DNA of 64,000 nucleotides from Candidatus Iainarchaeum sp. Its GTDB lineage: Archaea; Iainarchaeota; Iainarchaeia; Iainarchaeales; JAZDFD01. Where the stretch lies: NCBI GenBank assembly GCA_043808155.1, contig JAZDFD010000016.1, positions 15,785 through 79,784 on the forward strand, written 5' to 3'. Positions 1 to 10,042 of this stretch are shown here, piece by piece. Numbering within the stretch: position 1 is the first letter of the stretch; every line of letters starts with the position of its first letter. A program made the translations under genes and the position numbers. Below the pieces are notes generated by a model that was not told the origin of the DNA, searched no databases, and worked only from the letters and a program-made list of their open reading frames with translations.

Positions 1-1279
1 GAAATTAAAAGATGAAAATAAAATCACAGAAATTAATACGTCTGTTTCTAAAAATCTTGAAATAGCCGGAGTTCTGAAAGAACTTGAACCAATGCCGGTT
101 TTATTTAATTCTGTAAAAGAATCTGATTTCAAAGTTGTCGGAAATTTATTTTCTTCAAAACAGCTTATTGCAGATTATCTCGGTGTCGAAGTAAAAAATA
201 TAACACAAAAAGTTCTAAACGCAATTGAAAATCCATCAAAACCTGCTGAAGTTAAACACGGAAGCTGTCAGGATGTTGTAATTGATGATGTTAATTTGGA
301 TAAACTTCCAATACTGAAGCACTGTGCAAAAGACGGTGGAAATTACATCAGTTCAGGAGTTTTTTTTGCAAGAGATTCTGAATTAGGTGAAAATTTATCA
401 TTTCATAGGTGTATGCAGATTTCAAAAAATGAATTTACAGTAAGAATTTTGCAGAGGCATCTGGATCATTTCATTACTAAAAATAGCGGAAATTTGGATG
501 TTGCAATTGCGGTTGGACTAACCCCAAATTTACTTTTAGCGGGTGCAACTTCGATTGGGTTAGGCTGTGATGAATCCGAAGTTGCAAACACTCTTGAAAA
601 AGTTAAGCTTGTGAAAGCAAAAACTTGTGATGTGATGGTTCCTGCAGATGCGGAATTTATTTTGGAAGGAACACTAACAAGTGAAATGAAAGATGAAGGT
701 AAATTTGTTGATTTAACTGCGACTTATGATTTTGTAAGAAAACAAAGAGTTTTCAAAATTAAGAAAATAACACATAGAAAAAATGCACTATGGCATGCAC
801 TGCTCCCAGGGGGAATGGAACACAGAGTTTTAATGGGTATGCCCAAAGAACCAACAATTTTCAGAGAAGTAAATAAAGTCTGCAAATGTGTTGATGTTAA
901 TGTCAATCCCGGCGGATGCAGCTGGCTTCATGCAATTGTAAAAATTAAAAAAGAAAAAGAAGATGACGGAAGAAAAGCAATTGAAGCTGCGTTTGCAGGC
1001 CATAATTCTTTGAAGCACGCATTTGTTGTTGATGATGATATTGACATTAACGACCCTTATGATGTTGAATGGGCAATGTCCACGAGATTTCAAGCTGGAA
1101 AAGATTTCATTGACATGGGTCGAAAAAAAGGATCAAGTCTGGATCCGAGTTCAGATGAGAAAACAAGAGAAACAGACAAGCGCGGTTTTGATTTAACAAA
1201 ACCTGTGAATGCAGATCCTGATAAATTTGACAAAGTTGAATTCCCGAAAATCAATCTGAAGAAGATAATGGGTGATTAA
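1..1279 (+). CDS. ubiD: UbiD-family (prFMN-dependent) decarboxylase, probable anhydromevalonate phosphate decarboxylase; 5' end lies outside the window
   Basis: UbiD motifs (DGGNYISSG, EFILEG, DEGKFVDLTATYD, VVDDDID, SSLDPS). The frame is open back to base 2 (KLKDENKITEIN...), so the ORF-track start at 92 is internal. Adjacent to AcnX subunits, IPK and IDI-2. Confidence 0.85.
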   Translation, partial: KLKDENKITEINTSVSKNLEIAGVLKELEPMPVLFNSVKESDFKVVGNLFSSKQLIADYLGVEVKNITQKVLNAIENPSKPAEVKHGSCQDVVIDDVNLDKLPILKHCAKDGGNYISSGVFFARDSELGENLSFHRCMQISKNEFTVRILQRHLDHFITKNSGNLDVAIAVGLTPNLLLAGATSIGLGCDESEVANTLEKVKLVKAKTCDVMVPADAEFILEGTLTSEMKDEGKFVDLTATYDFVRKQRVFKIKKITHRKNALWHALLPGGMEHRVLMGMPKEPTIFREVNKVCKCVDVNVNPGGCSWLHAIVKIKKEKEDDGRKAIEAAFAGHNSLKHAFVVDDDIDINDPYDVEWAMSTRFQAGKDFIDMGRKKGSSLDPSSDEKTRETDKRGFDLTKPVNADPDKFDKVEFPKINLKKIMGD

Positions 1280-1282
1280 AAA

Positions 1283-2467
1283 ATGAAATTGACTTCTGAA
1301 GAAAAAGAAATGCTTGAAGGACAACACGGGAATGCAGTAAAAAAGAGCATGGAAATTATAGTTGCACTTGGTGAAATCTTCGGTGCAGAAAAATTAATTC
1401 CCGTAACATCAGTTCAGATTGCAGGAGTTTCCTACAGCAATTTAGGTGAAGCTGGTTTAGAGTTTTTAGATGAAATGGCAAAAGATGGGAAAGTAAAAGT
1501 TTTCACAACATTAAATCCTGCCGGCATGGACATGGAAAACTGGGAAGCTCTTGGAATTTCACCAGAGTTTGCGAAAAATCAGAAAAGAGTTATTGATGTT
1601 TTTGCAAAAATGGGTGTTGTTACAACCTGCACTTGTACACCTTATTTGATTGGAAATTTGCCGCATTTTGGCCAGCATATTTCATGGAGTGAAAGTTCAG
1701 CAGTGGCTTTTTCAAATTCGGTTTTGGGAGCACGTACAAACCGAGAAGGGGGACCAAGTGCATTGGCAGCTGCAATAACTGGCAGAACAGCAGAATTTGG
1801 CTATCATCTGGATGAGAACAGAAAACCAGTGATTACAGTTGATGTTAATGCCGAAATGAAAGAAATTACTGATTTTGGTGCACTGGGTTTAGTAATTGGA
1901 AAAAAGATTGGAAACAAAGTTGCATACATCAGAGGAATTAAAGAAGTGTCAATTGAACAGCTTAAAAGTTTCTCTGCGTCAATTGCAACTTATGGCGGAA
2001 CTGCTTTATATCATATTGAAGGAATTACTCCTGAAAAATATAAAGCTCCGAGCAAAAAAATTGAAGTAACTAAAAATGATATTGATGACGCAAAAAAATC
2101 AATGACTGATAAAGGCGAAGAAGTTGATTTAATTTCAATTGGTTGTCCGCACTGTACGCTTTCAGAAATTCAGAAAGTTGCAGAACTTTTAAACGGTAAA
2201 AAAGTTAAGAAAGAACTTTGGATTTGCGTTGCACGCCCAATTAAAAAAATGGCAGACCAGATGGGATACTCAAAAATTATTGAAGATTCGGGTGCGAAGT
2301 TTGCGTGTGATACCTGTATGGTAGTTGCACCGTTGAAAAGCAGATTTAAAACACTCGCAACTGATTCTGCAAAAGGTTGCTATTATGGCAGGGGAAAAAA
2401 TAATTTCAAAACAAGATTTGCAAAAATTGAAGATTTAGTTAAAATTGCAACGGGTGAACTTAGATGA
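1283..2467 (+). CDS. Aconitase X catalytic subunit (DUF521), probable phosphomevalonate dehydratase large subunit
   Basis: TCTCTPY, WSESSAVAFSNSVLGARTNREGGPSAL, GCPHC and DTCMVVAP motifs; GGTGA SD upstream; operon context. Confidence 0.88.
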   Translation: MKLTSEEKEMLEGQHGNAVKKSMEIIVALGEIFGAEKLIPVTSVQIAGVSYSNLGEAGLEFLDEMAKDGKVKVFTTLNPAGMDMENWEALGISPEFAKNQKRVIDVFAKMGVVTTCTCTPYLIGNLPHFGQHISWSESSAVAFSNSVLGARTNREGGPSALAAAITGRTAEFGYHLDENRKPVITVDVNAEMKEITDFGALGLVIGKKIGNKVAYIRGIKEVSIEQLKSFSASIATYGGTALYHIEGITPEKYKAPSKKIEVTKNDIDDAKKSMTDKGEEVDLISIGCPHCTLSEIQKVAELLNGKKVKKELWICVARPIKKMADQMGYSKIIEDSGAKFACDTCMVVAPLKSRFKTLATDSAKGCYYGRGKNNFKTRFAKIEDLVKIATGELR

Positions 2468-2856
2468 AACTCAAAGGAAGAAAAATCTCCGCAGGCAGTG
2501 CAGAAGGAATTGCATTAGTTTCCGTAAAACCAATCTCATTTTACGGCGGAGTTGATCCTGATACGGGAAAAGTTACTGAAAAAGATCATGATTTGGAAGG
2601 CAAAAGCATCACGGGAAAGATTTTAATATTTCCGCGAGGTGCTGGTTCAACTGTTGGTTCTTATACAATGTACAGATTAAAAAAACAGGGTACTGCGCCT
2701 TTGGCAATTATTCTTGGCGAATGCGAGCCAATAGTTGCAGTTGGTGCAATAATTTCTGAAATTCCGTGTGTCGATAAAATTGATATTTCAAAAATAAAAA
2801 ACGGAATGAAATTAAAAGTTGATGCAACAAACGGAATTGTTGAAGTTTTAGAATAA
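2464..2856 (+). CDS. Aconitase X swivel subunit (DUF126), probable phosphomevalonate dehydratase small subunit
   Basis: ISFYGGVDPDTG and GSTVGSY motifs; overlaps the large-subunit stop. Confidence 0.88.
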   Translation: MKLKGRKISAGSAEGIALVSVKPISFYGGVDPDTGKVTEKDHDLEGKSITGKILIFPRGAGSTVGSYTMYRLKKQGTAPLAIILGECEPIVAVGAIISEIPCVDKIDISKIKNGMKLKVDATNGIVEVLE

Positions 2857-2874
2857 TTTCACACTTTTAAAAAG

Positions 2875-3525
2875 GTGTTTTTTTTGGAAAATGTAAAAGC
2901 AATTATTTTTGATTGGGATGGCACTATTGTTGACAGCATGCCCACACATATCGAAGCATATCTGAAAGCTTTGGCAAAGTTTGGAATTAAAGCTAACGCA
3001 CAGGATATTTTGGATTTGGTCGGGACACCTACTGAACTGCTTGCAGAAGAAGTTGCAAATAAATATGGTGTTAAAACTAAAGGCAAAGAAATTGCAAAAG
3101 AGAAAATTAAAAATTATATTGAGTTTTCTAAAAGTAAAAATTTGATTTTTGATGGGGCACTGGAAATATTGCTTGCATTAAAACCACACTATAAACTTGC
3201 CTTGCTAAGTGGTTCCACGAGAAAACAACTTGATAATTATAAAGAAATTCTTGAACTTTTTGAAATTACAGTCGCAGGAAAGGAAGCATCAAAACCAAAG
3301 CCAAATCCTGATGCTTTGTGGGATATTGCAGATAAGCTTGATTTGGTGCCTAGTGAATGTGCATATATTGGTGATTTTTGGCAGGATATGATGGCTGCAG
3401 AGAAGGCTGGCATGTGGGCAATCGGTATCCGAAACAGATATGTTTCAGATAAAGAGCTAACTGATGCAGGGGCAGATATAATTATTAATAACCTAAATGA
3501 ACTTCTTACTACAGGGCTTTTATGA
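2875..3525 (+). CDS. HAD-superfamily phosphatase (start may be TTG at 2884)
   Basis: FDWDGTIVDS motif I, KPKPNP, YIGD...D motifs. Confidence 0.85.
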   Translation: MFFLENVKAIIFDWDGTIVDSMPTHIEAYLKALAKFGIKANAQDILDLVGTPTELLAEEVANKYGVKTKGKEIAKEKIKNYIEFSKSKNLIFDGALEILLALKPHYKLALLSGSTRKQLDNYKEILELFEITVAGKEASKPKPNPDALWDIADKLDLVPSECAYIGDFWQDMMAAEKAGMWAIGIRNRYVSDKELTDAGADIIINNLNELLTTGLL

Positions 3526-4328
3526 AACTAATTATTTTGAAATCGGGTGGCAGTGTCTGCACTGAAAAGGACAGAAATAAAGTAAAAGCAAAAATTCCAG
3601 TAATAAAACGAGTTGCGAGTGAAATTAAAGCTGCTCAAAGAAAACAAAAATTCAAACTTGTTTTAGTGCATGGTGCAGGACCTTTTGGACATCAATTTGT
3701 TCATAATTATGGAGTGAAAAACGGGGTAAAAAAAACAAACAAAAAACAAATTGAAGGTTTTGTCAGAACTCACAATTCAATGGAAGATTTGAATAAGATT
3801 TTTATGGATGTTTTTCGAAAAGAGGGTTTGCTTGGTTTCCCAATACAAACTAGTGCATGTGTTGTTCAAAAAAATAAAACAATTTCCAAATTTGACACAG
3901 CAATAATAAAAGAACTTCTGAAATTTGAAAATGTGATTCCCATCATGTACGGCGACATGGTAATCGATACTGCCAAAGGTGCGACAGTTGTTAGCGGAGA
4001 TGCTTTAATTTCATTTCTTGCAAAAAAACTCAATGCAGATTTAGTTTTGCTTGGTGCTGATTTGGATGGCATATTCACTGCAGACCCCAAGAAAAACAAA
4101 AAAGCAAAGCTTATTGAAAAAATCAATTCAAAAAACTTTAAGGAAGTGCTGAGTTATGTGAAAGAAGCATCAACTATTGATGTAACCCGCGGTATGAAAG
4201 GAAAACTTCTTGAAATTAAAAAAATTGCAAATAAAAGAAAAGTAATTGTTTTCAATCTGAACAAAAAGAATTATTTGTATAATTTGCTCATTGGAAAAAA
4301 AGTCATTTCAACTGAAATAAAATTGTAG
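3522..4328 (+). CDS. ipk: Isopentenyl phosphate kinase
   Basis: Amino-acid-kinase fold: LKSGGSVCTEK, VHGAGPFGH (catalytic His), GDMV, SGD, DVTRGMKGKL; next to fni. Confidence 0.88.
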   Translation: MKLIILKSGGSVCTEKDRNKVKAKIPVIKRVASEIKAAQRKQKFKLVLVHGAGPFGHQFVHNYGVKNGVKKTNKKQIEGFVRTHNSMEDLNKIFMDVFRKEGLLGFPIQTSACVVQKNKTISKFDTAIIKELLKFENVIPIMYGDMVIDTAKGATVVSGDALISFLAKKLNADLVLLGADLDGIFTADPKKNKKAKLIEKINSKNFKEVLSYVKEASTIDVTRGMKGKLLEIKKIANKRKVIVFNLNKKNYLYNLLIGKKVISTEIKL

Positions 4329-4335
4329 TGATATT

Positions 4336-5379
4336 ATGAGAAAAACAAAAAGTGTGAAAAAAACAAAAAGCAGGAAATTGGAACATATTAAAATTTGCTT
4401 AAATCAGAATGTTCAGTTCAGAGAAAAAACAACTGGTTTCGAAAGAATGGATTTTGCAGCAGTTGATTTGACATACAAAGCACTCCCTGAAATTAACAAA
4501 AAAGAAATTAATACTGAAACTAAATTTTTGGGAAAAAAGTTTTCTGCTCCTTTAATGGTTACTGCAATAACTGGCGGAGTACCAGAAGCAAAAACAATTA
4601 ATCTCGACATTGCAAAAGCATGTCAGGCACTTGGTTTGGGCATGGGTCTCGGAAGTCAGAGAGCAATGCTTGAGGATAAAAAAGTTTCAAATACTTACAA
4701 AGTCAGAGATATTGCACCTGATATTTTTATTGCAGGAAATATTGGTGTTTTGCAAATTCAGGAATATTCTGTTTCAGATATTAAATGGATGTTGGATGAG
4801 GTTGAGGCTGATGCTTTAGCAATTCACATTAATGCAGCCCAAGAAGCTCTTCAGAAAGATGGCGCAACAACCTTTAAAGGGGGGTTACGCGGAATTAAAA
4901 AACTTGCAAAAAATCTGAAAAAACCAGTTTATGTTAAGGAAGTAGGTCATGGAATTTCAGCAGATGTTGCTAAGCTCCTCTCAGACACTGGAATTAAAGC
5001 AATTGATGTTGCAGGTGCAGGCGGAACTTCATGGATTGGAGTCGATTCTTTACGTGGAAATAAGGAAAGCGGAGAAGTATTTTGGGATTTCGGAATCCCT
5101 ACCCTGGAGAGTCTGATTCAGGTTAAAGAGAGTTTCAAAGGCCAGATAGTCGCATCTGGGGGCATAAGAAATGGCTTGGAAATGGCAAAAGCATTGGTTT
5201 TAGGTGCGGATATGTGCGGAATTGCATTGCCTGTTTTGAAGGCTCAGAACGCAGGTGGTAGTGCAGGTGTTGAGAAATATTTGAGAATGCGGATTGAAGA
5301 ATTGAAAACAGCAATGTTTCTCACTGGTGCTAAAAATATCAAAGAATTAAAGCAACAGAAAGTTGTATCTTATACATAA
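4336..5379 (+). CDS. fni: Type 2 isopentenyl-diphosphate delta-isomerase
   Basis: RKLEHI, TAITGG, GLGSQR, HINAAQE, KEVGHG, AGAGGTSW, ASGGIRNG. Confidence 0.95.
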   Translation: MRKTKSVKKTKSRKLEHIKICLNQNVQFREKTTGFERMDFAAVDLTYKALPEINKKEINTETKFLGKKFSAPLMVTAITGGVPEAKTINLDIAKACQALGLGMGLGSQRAMLEDKKVSNTYKVRDIAPDIFIAGNIGVLQIQEYSVSDIKWMLDEVEADALAIHINAAQEALQKDGATTFKGGLRGIKKLAKNLKKPVYVKEVGHGISADVAKLLSDTGIKAIDVAGAGGTSWIGVDSLRGNKESGEVFWDFGIPTLESLIQVKESFKGQIVASGGIRNGLEMAKALVLGADMCGIALPVLKAQNAGGSAGVEKYLRMRIEELKTAMFLTGAKNIKELKQQKVVSYT

Positions 5380-5415
5380 CTTGATTAATAAAAAAAGAAA
5401 ATAAAAGGGCAAAAA

Positions 5416-5679
5416 TTACCCTGAGAATTCTGCTAATTCATTTTCCAAGTCAGAACCTAAATCGTCATATTCTGCTAATTCATTTTCTAATGCAGCATAT
5501 GCTTCGGCTTCTGTTCCGTAATCCTGAATTTCCAGTCCGCCAGTGTCACCATCATCCACTGTTGTACCATGTTCTGAATCATTGTCATTTGTTGGCGTAA
5601 TTGGTTCTGTTGGCTGTGTACATCCAAAAGAAATCAACACAACAAGAATCAAAACTGAAATGATTATTTTTGTTTTCAT
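5416..5679 (-). CDS. Small acidic lipoprotein-like secreted protein
   Basis: Hydrophobic N-terminus ending in SFGC; GGAGTGA SD upstream. Confidence 0.65.
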   Translation of the reverse strand: MKTKIIISVLILVVLISFGCTQPTEPITPTNDNDSEHGTTVDDGDTGGLEIQDYGTEAEAYAALENELAEYDDLGSDLENELAEFSG

Positions 5680-5683
5680 CTAA

Positions 5684-6643
5684 TCACTCCGTATCCTGCC
5701 CTTCTTGGTTTTGTTCCTGATTCTGTTCTTGGTTTTCATTTCCTTCGGTGTTTTCTGTGTCCTCTGTTTCAGTATGCTCAACTTCTTCGATGTTTCCATT
5801 TGCATTGACTCTGACGGCTTTGAGTTCTTTTGCTGATTTTACTTACATTATTTGTTTCCCGTTTACTGTTCTTATTCTGCAGTGTGCTAACTGTGGATTT
5901 GCCTCACACAAACCTTTCAAATATTCCTCACATCTGCTATCCTGTGAGTTTCTCAAACAATATTCTTTTTGCAATGCTTTACATTTTGCATCTTCTGAAT
6001 TGTTTTCGCAGAAATCCGAAACTCTTGCTTTGCATTCTTCTGCATTTCCGCAGTCAACAACTTTTTTGCATAATACATTGTCTGAATTTTCTCCGCAGTA
6101 TTCTCCTACTTTCTGTGCAACTTCAACTGGCTTCAATGTTCTTGCTATTCCAAGGAAATATGCATTATATTCTGCGTCACTCAAGGTTAATGAACCCGCC
6201 CAAACATTTCTTCCGGGTCTTTCGTATTTATTTAAAGTGAAATCGCCAACTTGGTTTTCACCTGTGTTGTCATAAATGTCTGCTGTTAATTTTCCATCTT
6301 CAAGCATAACATTTTTCAGTCTGTATTTATTGTCGTCAAGTGTTAGAACACCTAAACTTATTTCTTCTACGCTCCTTGAATTTCTTACTCTGACAATTCC
6401 CGCAGCTACTTGTGCACTCATAAACTCCATTGGGTCAGCTGTGTTTATTACTAAACCATGGCCAACTAAATGTAATTTTTTTACTGGCATTTTTACAACG
6501 TTTGCTGAAATTAAAGCAGGTGTTGCAGTTGTAATTGTGTCTGCTGTTGCAACAGTTGTTTCAACTGCATCTGTTTCTTCTGCTACTGCAAAAGCTGAAA
6601 ATGCAATCAAAACAACAGCTAAAAGCAAGTACATTTTCTTCAT
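5684..6643 (-). CDS. Secreted Cys-rich hypothetical protein, interrupted by an in-frame TAA at 5843-5845 with a 52-aa acidic tail continuing to TGA at 5684
   Basis: Signal peptide, GGAGG SD, Cys-rich repeats. The frame continues VKSAKELKAVRVNANGNIEEVEHTETEDTENTEGNENQEQNQEQNQEGQDTE* and ends just before the next gene. Confidence 0.7.
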
Positions 6644-6725
6644 ATTTCATCTCCTCCAAAAGATTTATTTGAATAATAAGGTAATATATGATTAGTTTAA
6701 TTAAAAACTTTAATAGTTTGGAAAA

Positions 6726-8472
6726 CTAACATGTGTTTAGAACAATATTTACGTTTTCACAGGATTTTTTAATTACAATAAACAAATCCCCGTTTTTATT
6801 GAAAAACTCAGCCAAGCCTCTATCAGCATTTAAAATCTGCCAGTTTTTTATTTTTTTATTAGTCTTAATCTGCAAAGTTAAACCTTCAAGCTCAGTATCA
6901 GAACTAATCTCTAACTGATATCCTTTAGGTGTTTTTCTCAGGTTTATTTGTGCATTGTTTCTGTTATTCCACCATTCCGAAATCTCTGTTCCAGATGCAA
7001 ACCATGCTTTTCCTTCTTTCTTAGCAAATTCTAAAAGGTCCCAGAACAGGTCTGAGCCTCTAAGCAGACCCCTATCAAATTTTGACTCAAATAATTTCTT
7101 GGTTTTCTTATTCTCAAATGACAGAGGGTGCCATAAAAGTCCAATCATTCCATTTTTGGAAATAACTTCGAAAATGAGTTTTTTTGATTCCGTGAGGGCT
7201 TCTTTATAATTGAAATCATTATTTTGAGAAAGCGGGAGTGAAACATCCATTAAAGTTACAGGCAATTCTAACAGCTCAATGCATTCATTTTTTTCATAAT
7301 CAAATGTTTCAAAAGGCATACATGTTCCATTACTGAATCCTGCTAAATCATTAAACAAACAGGTTGAATCATAAGTCAATCCTGACTTTTTTTGAATCTG
7401 CCATGTGCTGGGATATGTGCATTTTAATCTGTGCTGTCTGGCTCCTGTGATTTTAATGCCTGCTACTTTCTCAAGATTTGTCTTTTGAAGTTTCATCTGC
7501 TCAGTATTTTCTGAAGTTTGAAAACCAGAATGCAGTGCAATTTCAAAATCCATTTCTTTTAATTCATCAATTATCTGTTTCGTAAATTTACTTTTGAGTG
7601 AGTATGAACTGTCTCGTAGTGAGCAGTTATCTAAAAAGAAAAAGCTTGGTTTTATTCCTGCAATTTCCTCAGCTTTTGCAAGCTCAATTATTGTGAACCA
7701 CGGATCTGTCTGCAATTTTTCATATTTTACATTGTTTAAAAATTCAGTAAAATCAATTTTGCCTGAAACAACTGATTTTAATGCAGAAAATGAATAGCGA
7801 AAACAGAGTTCTGTTTTGTTCAAAAATTCTTTAATGTTTAAATATGCCAAATCTCCCAATGCACGCATGAAAAGTAAATGGGGGGGCATTACTAATGCAT
7901 CCACATCATGGGAAACAAAAACTGAAAAATCATTAGCATTTGGCCATAACCATTTCCGCACTAATAAATTATTTGTTTTTTTTTGCAGAATTTTCATGGA
8001 GTGTGAAAATTTTTTCAGCAATAATGTCAAACTGCGGTTTGGAATGCATTTTTGTTTTAAAAAGTAAAGATTCTTTTCCGATAACTCTGCCTAATTTATC
8101 TTTTTTCCCAAGAAGTTTTGAATTTTTTTGGTATGGGAACAAAAAGTCTCCACACTGCAAAAACAGATTTTCTTCAATATATTCTATGTGTCCTTTTCCG
8201 GAATTAAATTCATTTCTTAAAAGTTCATTTAATTCATTATTATTGGATTTTCCAATTTTAATTAATGTGCCGCCTTTCCCAATGAAATTTTTTAGTACTG
8301 AAAAATTGATATCCGCATCTGTGTTTTCAGGAATTACAACTGAAGATATATTTTGAAGATTAGATTTAGAGTTTAAACTATCCGTGAATTCAAAACAAAA
8401 TCCGATTTGTTTGTAGACCTGGGCAATTACGTGTTTAGCAAGCCCTTGTGTTTTGCACAATATTAAAATCAT
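6726..8472 (-). pseudogene. Polysaccharide deacetylase (NodB/CE4-like) gene split by a frameshift at an A9 run (7976-7984)
   Basis: ORFs 7969-8472 and 6726-8030 join (...HENSAKK/TNNLLVRKWLWP...) if one A is removed. SHDVD, EIALH, GARQHRL, YDST and LLWHP motifs. Confidence 0.75.
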
Positions 8473-8481
8473 AAAAATAAT

Positions 8482-8940
8482 TTATTTTTTTGAGAGTGCG
8501 TCTCTCTTGCCTATGACTTTTGCAGGATTTCCGGCAACAACTGAATTTGCAGGGACATCTTTCGTAACAACTGCACCTGCACCAATAAGTGAATTTTTTC
8601 CAATTTTTACCGGGAGTAAAGTTACGTTAGAGCCTATTGAAACATTTTCTTCTATAAGTGTTTCTTTCCAGTCTCCTCCGGAAGGTGGATTTAAATCATT
8701 GATAAACATTACACCATGGCCGATGAAGACATTGTCTTTAATTTTAACTTTACTGCAAATGAAAGTATGTGACTGAATTCTGCAGTTGTCACCAATTTCA
8801 ACATCTGACTGAATCTCAACAAAAGAACCAATCATGCAGTTCTTTCCTATTTTGCAGCCGTAAATATTTACGCAGTGCCATATTTTTGTGTTTTCCCCAA
8901 TTTCTGCATCTTTTATAATCTGGTACTGACCGCTAGCCAT
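8482..8940 (-). CDS. wbpD: Hexapeptide-repeat N-acetyltransferase (WbpD-like)
   Basis: Left-handed beta-helix repeats, IGHGVMFIND, GAGAVVTKDVP...GNPA; clustered with WbpE/WbpB-like genes. Confidence 0.75.
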   Translation of the reverse strand: MASGQYQIIKDAEIGENTKIWHCVNIYGCKIGKNCMIGSFVEIQSDVEIGDNCRIQSHTFICSKVKIKDNVFIGHGVMFINDLNPPSGGDWKETLIEENVSIGSNVTLLPVKIGKNSLIGAGAVVTKDVPANSVVAGNPAKVIGKRDALSKK

Positions 8941-8944
8941 TCAA

Positions 8945-10042
8945 TCACCTCTTTGTTGCATCCAAAAGCGTATCGCAAACAAATTCAATTTCTTCTTTTT
9001 TAAGTTCAGGGAACATTGGCAAAGAAACAATCTCACTGCATATTTTTTCTGCAACTGGAAATTTCTGTTTTGTGTCAATTAAATATTTTAATGCATTTTG
9101 CGTGTGTAATGGTTCTGGATAATGAATTCCTGCGCCAATTCCCTGTTCTTTAAGTTTGTTTATTATTCTGTCTCTGTTTTTAACACGCACAACATACAAA
9201 TGGAAAACAGATTTGCAATTTGCGTCACTTGCAGGAACAACTACTTCTGAATCCTGAAGAAGTTCTGTGTATATTTTTGCATTTTTAATTCTCATGTCTG
9301 TCCATTCTTCAAGATGTTTAAGTTTGACATCTAATATTGCTGCTTGTAAAGCATCAAGTCTTGAGTTATATCCTATAAAATCAGACTGGAATTTATTTGA
9401 TCTTCCGTGATTTCTGAGCATTTTAGCTTTGTCATAAATTTCAGAATCATTTGTTACTATTGCACCACCGTCTCCAAAAGCACCTATATTTTTTCCCGGG
9501 AAGAAACTGAATGCACCTGCTGTGCTTATTGGAACTCGTTTTCCTTTGTATTCTGCGCCGTGTGACTGACAGCAGTCTTCAAGAACTAAAAGATTGTGTT
9601 TTTCAGCAATTTCATTTATTACCTGCATTTCTGCAGGTCTGCCATATATATGCACAGGAATAATTGCCTTTGTTTTGGGCGTGATTTTTTTTTCAATTTG
9701 GTTTACATCAATATTAAACGTTTCATCAGCATCAACAAGCACTGGTTTTGCCCCAAGCTGTACAACTGGCTCCACTGTTGCGAAAAAAGTATGTGTAGGT
9801 GCAAGTACTTCGTCACCTTTTGAAAGGCCCATGCATTCTAATGCGAGTTTTAATGCATCTGTTCCGTTTCCAACACCAACTGCATATTTTGCATTACAGA
9901 ATTTTGCAAAGTTTTGTTCAAATTCTTCAACTGGCTTTCCAAGAATAAAAGATGTGTTTTCTATTATCTCGCTCATTGCAGAATCAATTTCTTCTTTTAT
10001 GCTTTGATACTGTCTTTTCAGATCAACTAATGGGATTTTCAT
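8945..10042 (-). CDS. wbpE: DegT/DnrJ/EryC1/StrS aminotransferase (WbpE-like)
   Basis: GNGTDAL, EDCCQSHG, FSFFPGKNIGAFGDGG (PLP Lys), NSRLDALQAA. Confidence 0.85.
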   Translation of the reverse strand: MKIPLVDLKRQYQSIKEEIDSAMSEIIENTSFILGKPVEEFEQNFAKFCNAKYAVGVGNGTDALKLALECMGLSKGDEVLAPTHTFFATVEPVVQLGAKPVLVDADETFNIDVNQIEKKITPKTKAIIPVHIYGRPAEMQVINEIAEKHNLLVLEDCCQSHGAEYKGKRVPISTAGAFSFFPGKNIGAFGDGGAIVTNDSEIYDKAKMLRNHGRSNKFQSDFIGYNSRLDALQAAILDVKLKHLEEWTDMRIKNAKIYTELLQDSEVVVPASDANCKSVFHLYVVRVKNRDRIINKLKEQGIGAGIHYPEPLHTQNALKYLIDTKQKFPVAEKICSEIVSLPMFPELKKEEIEFVCDTLLDATKR

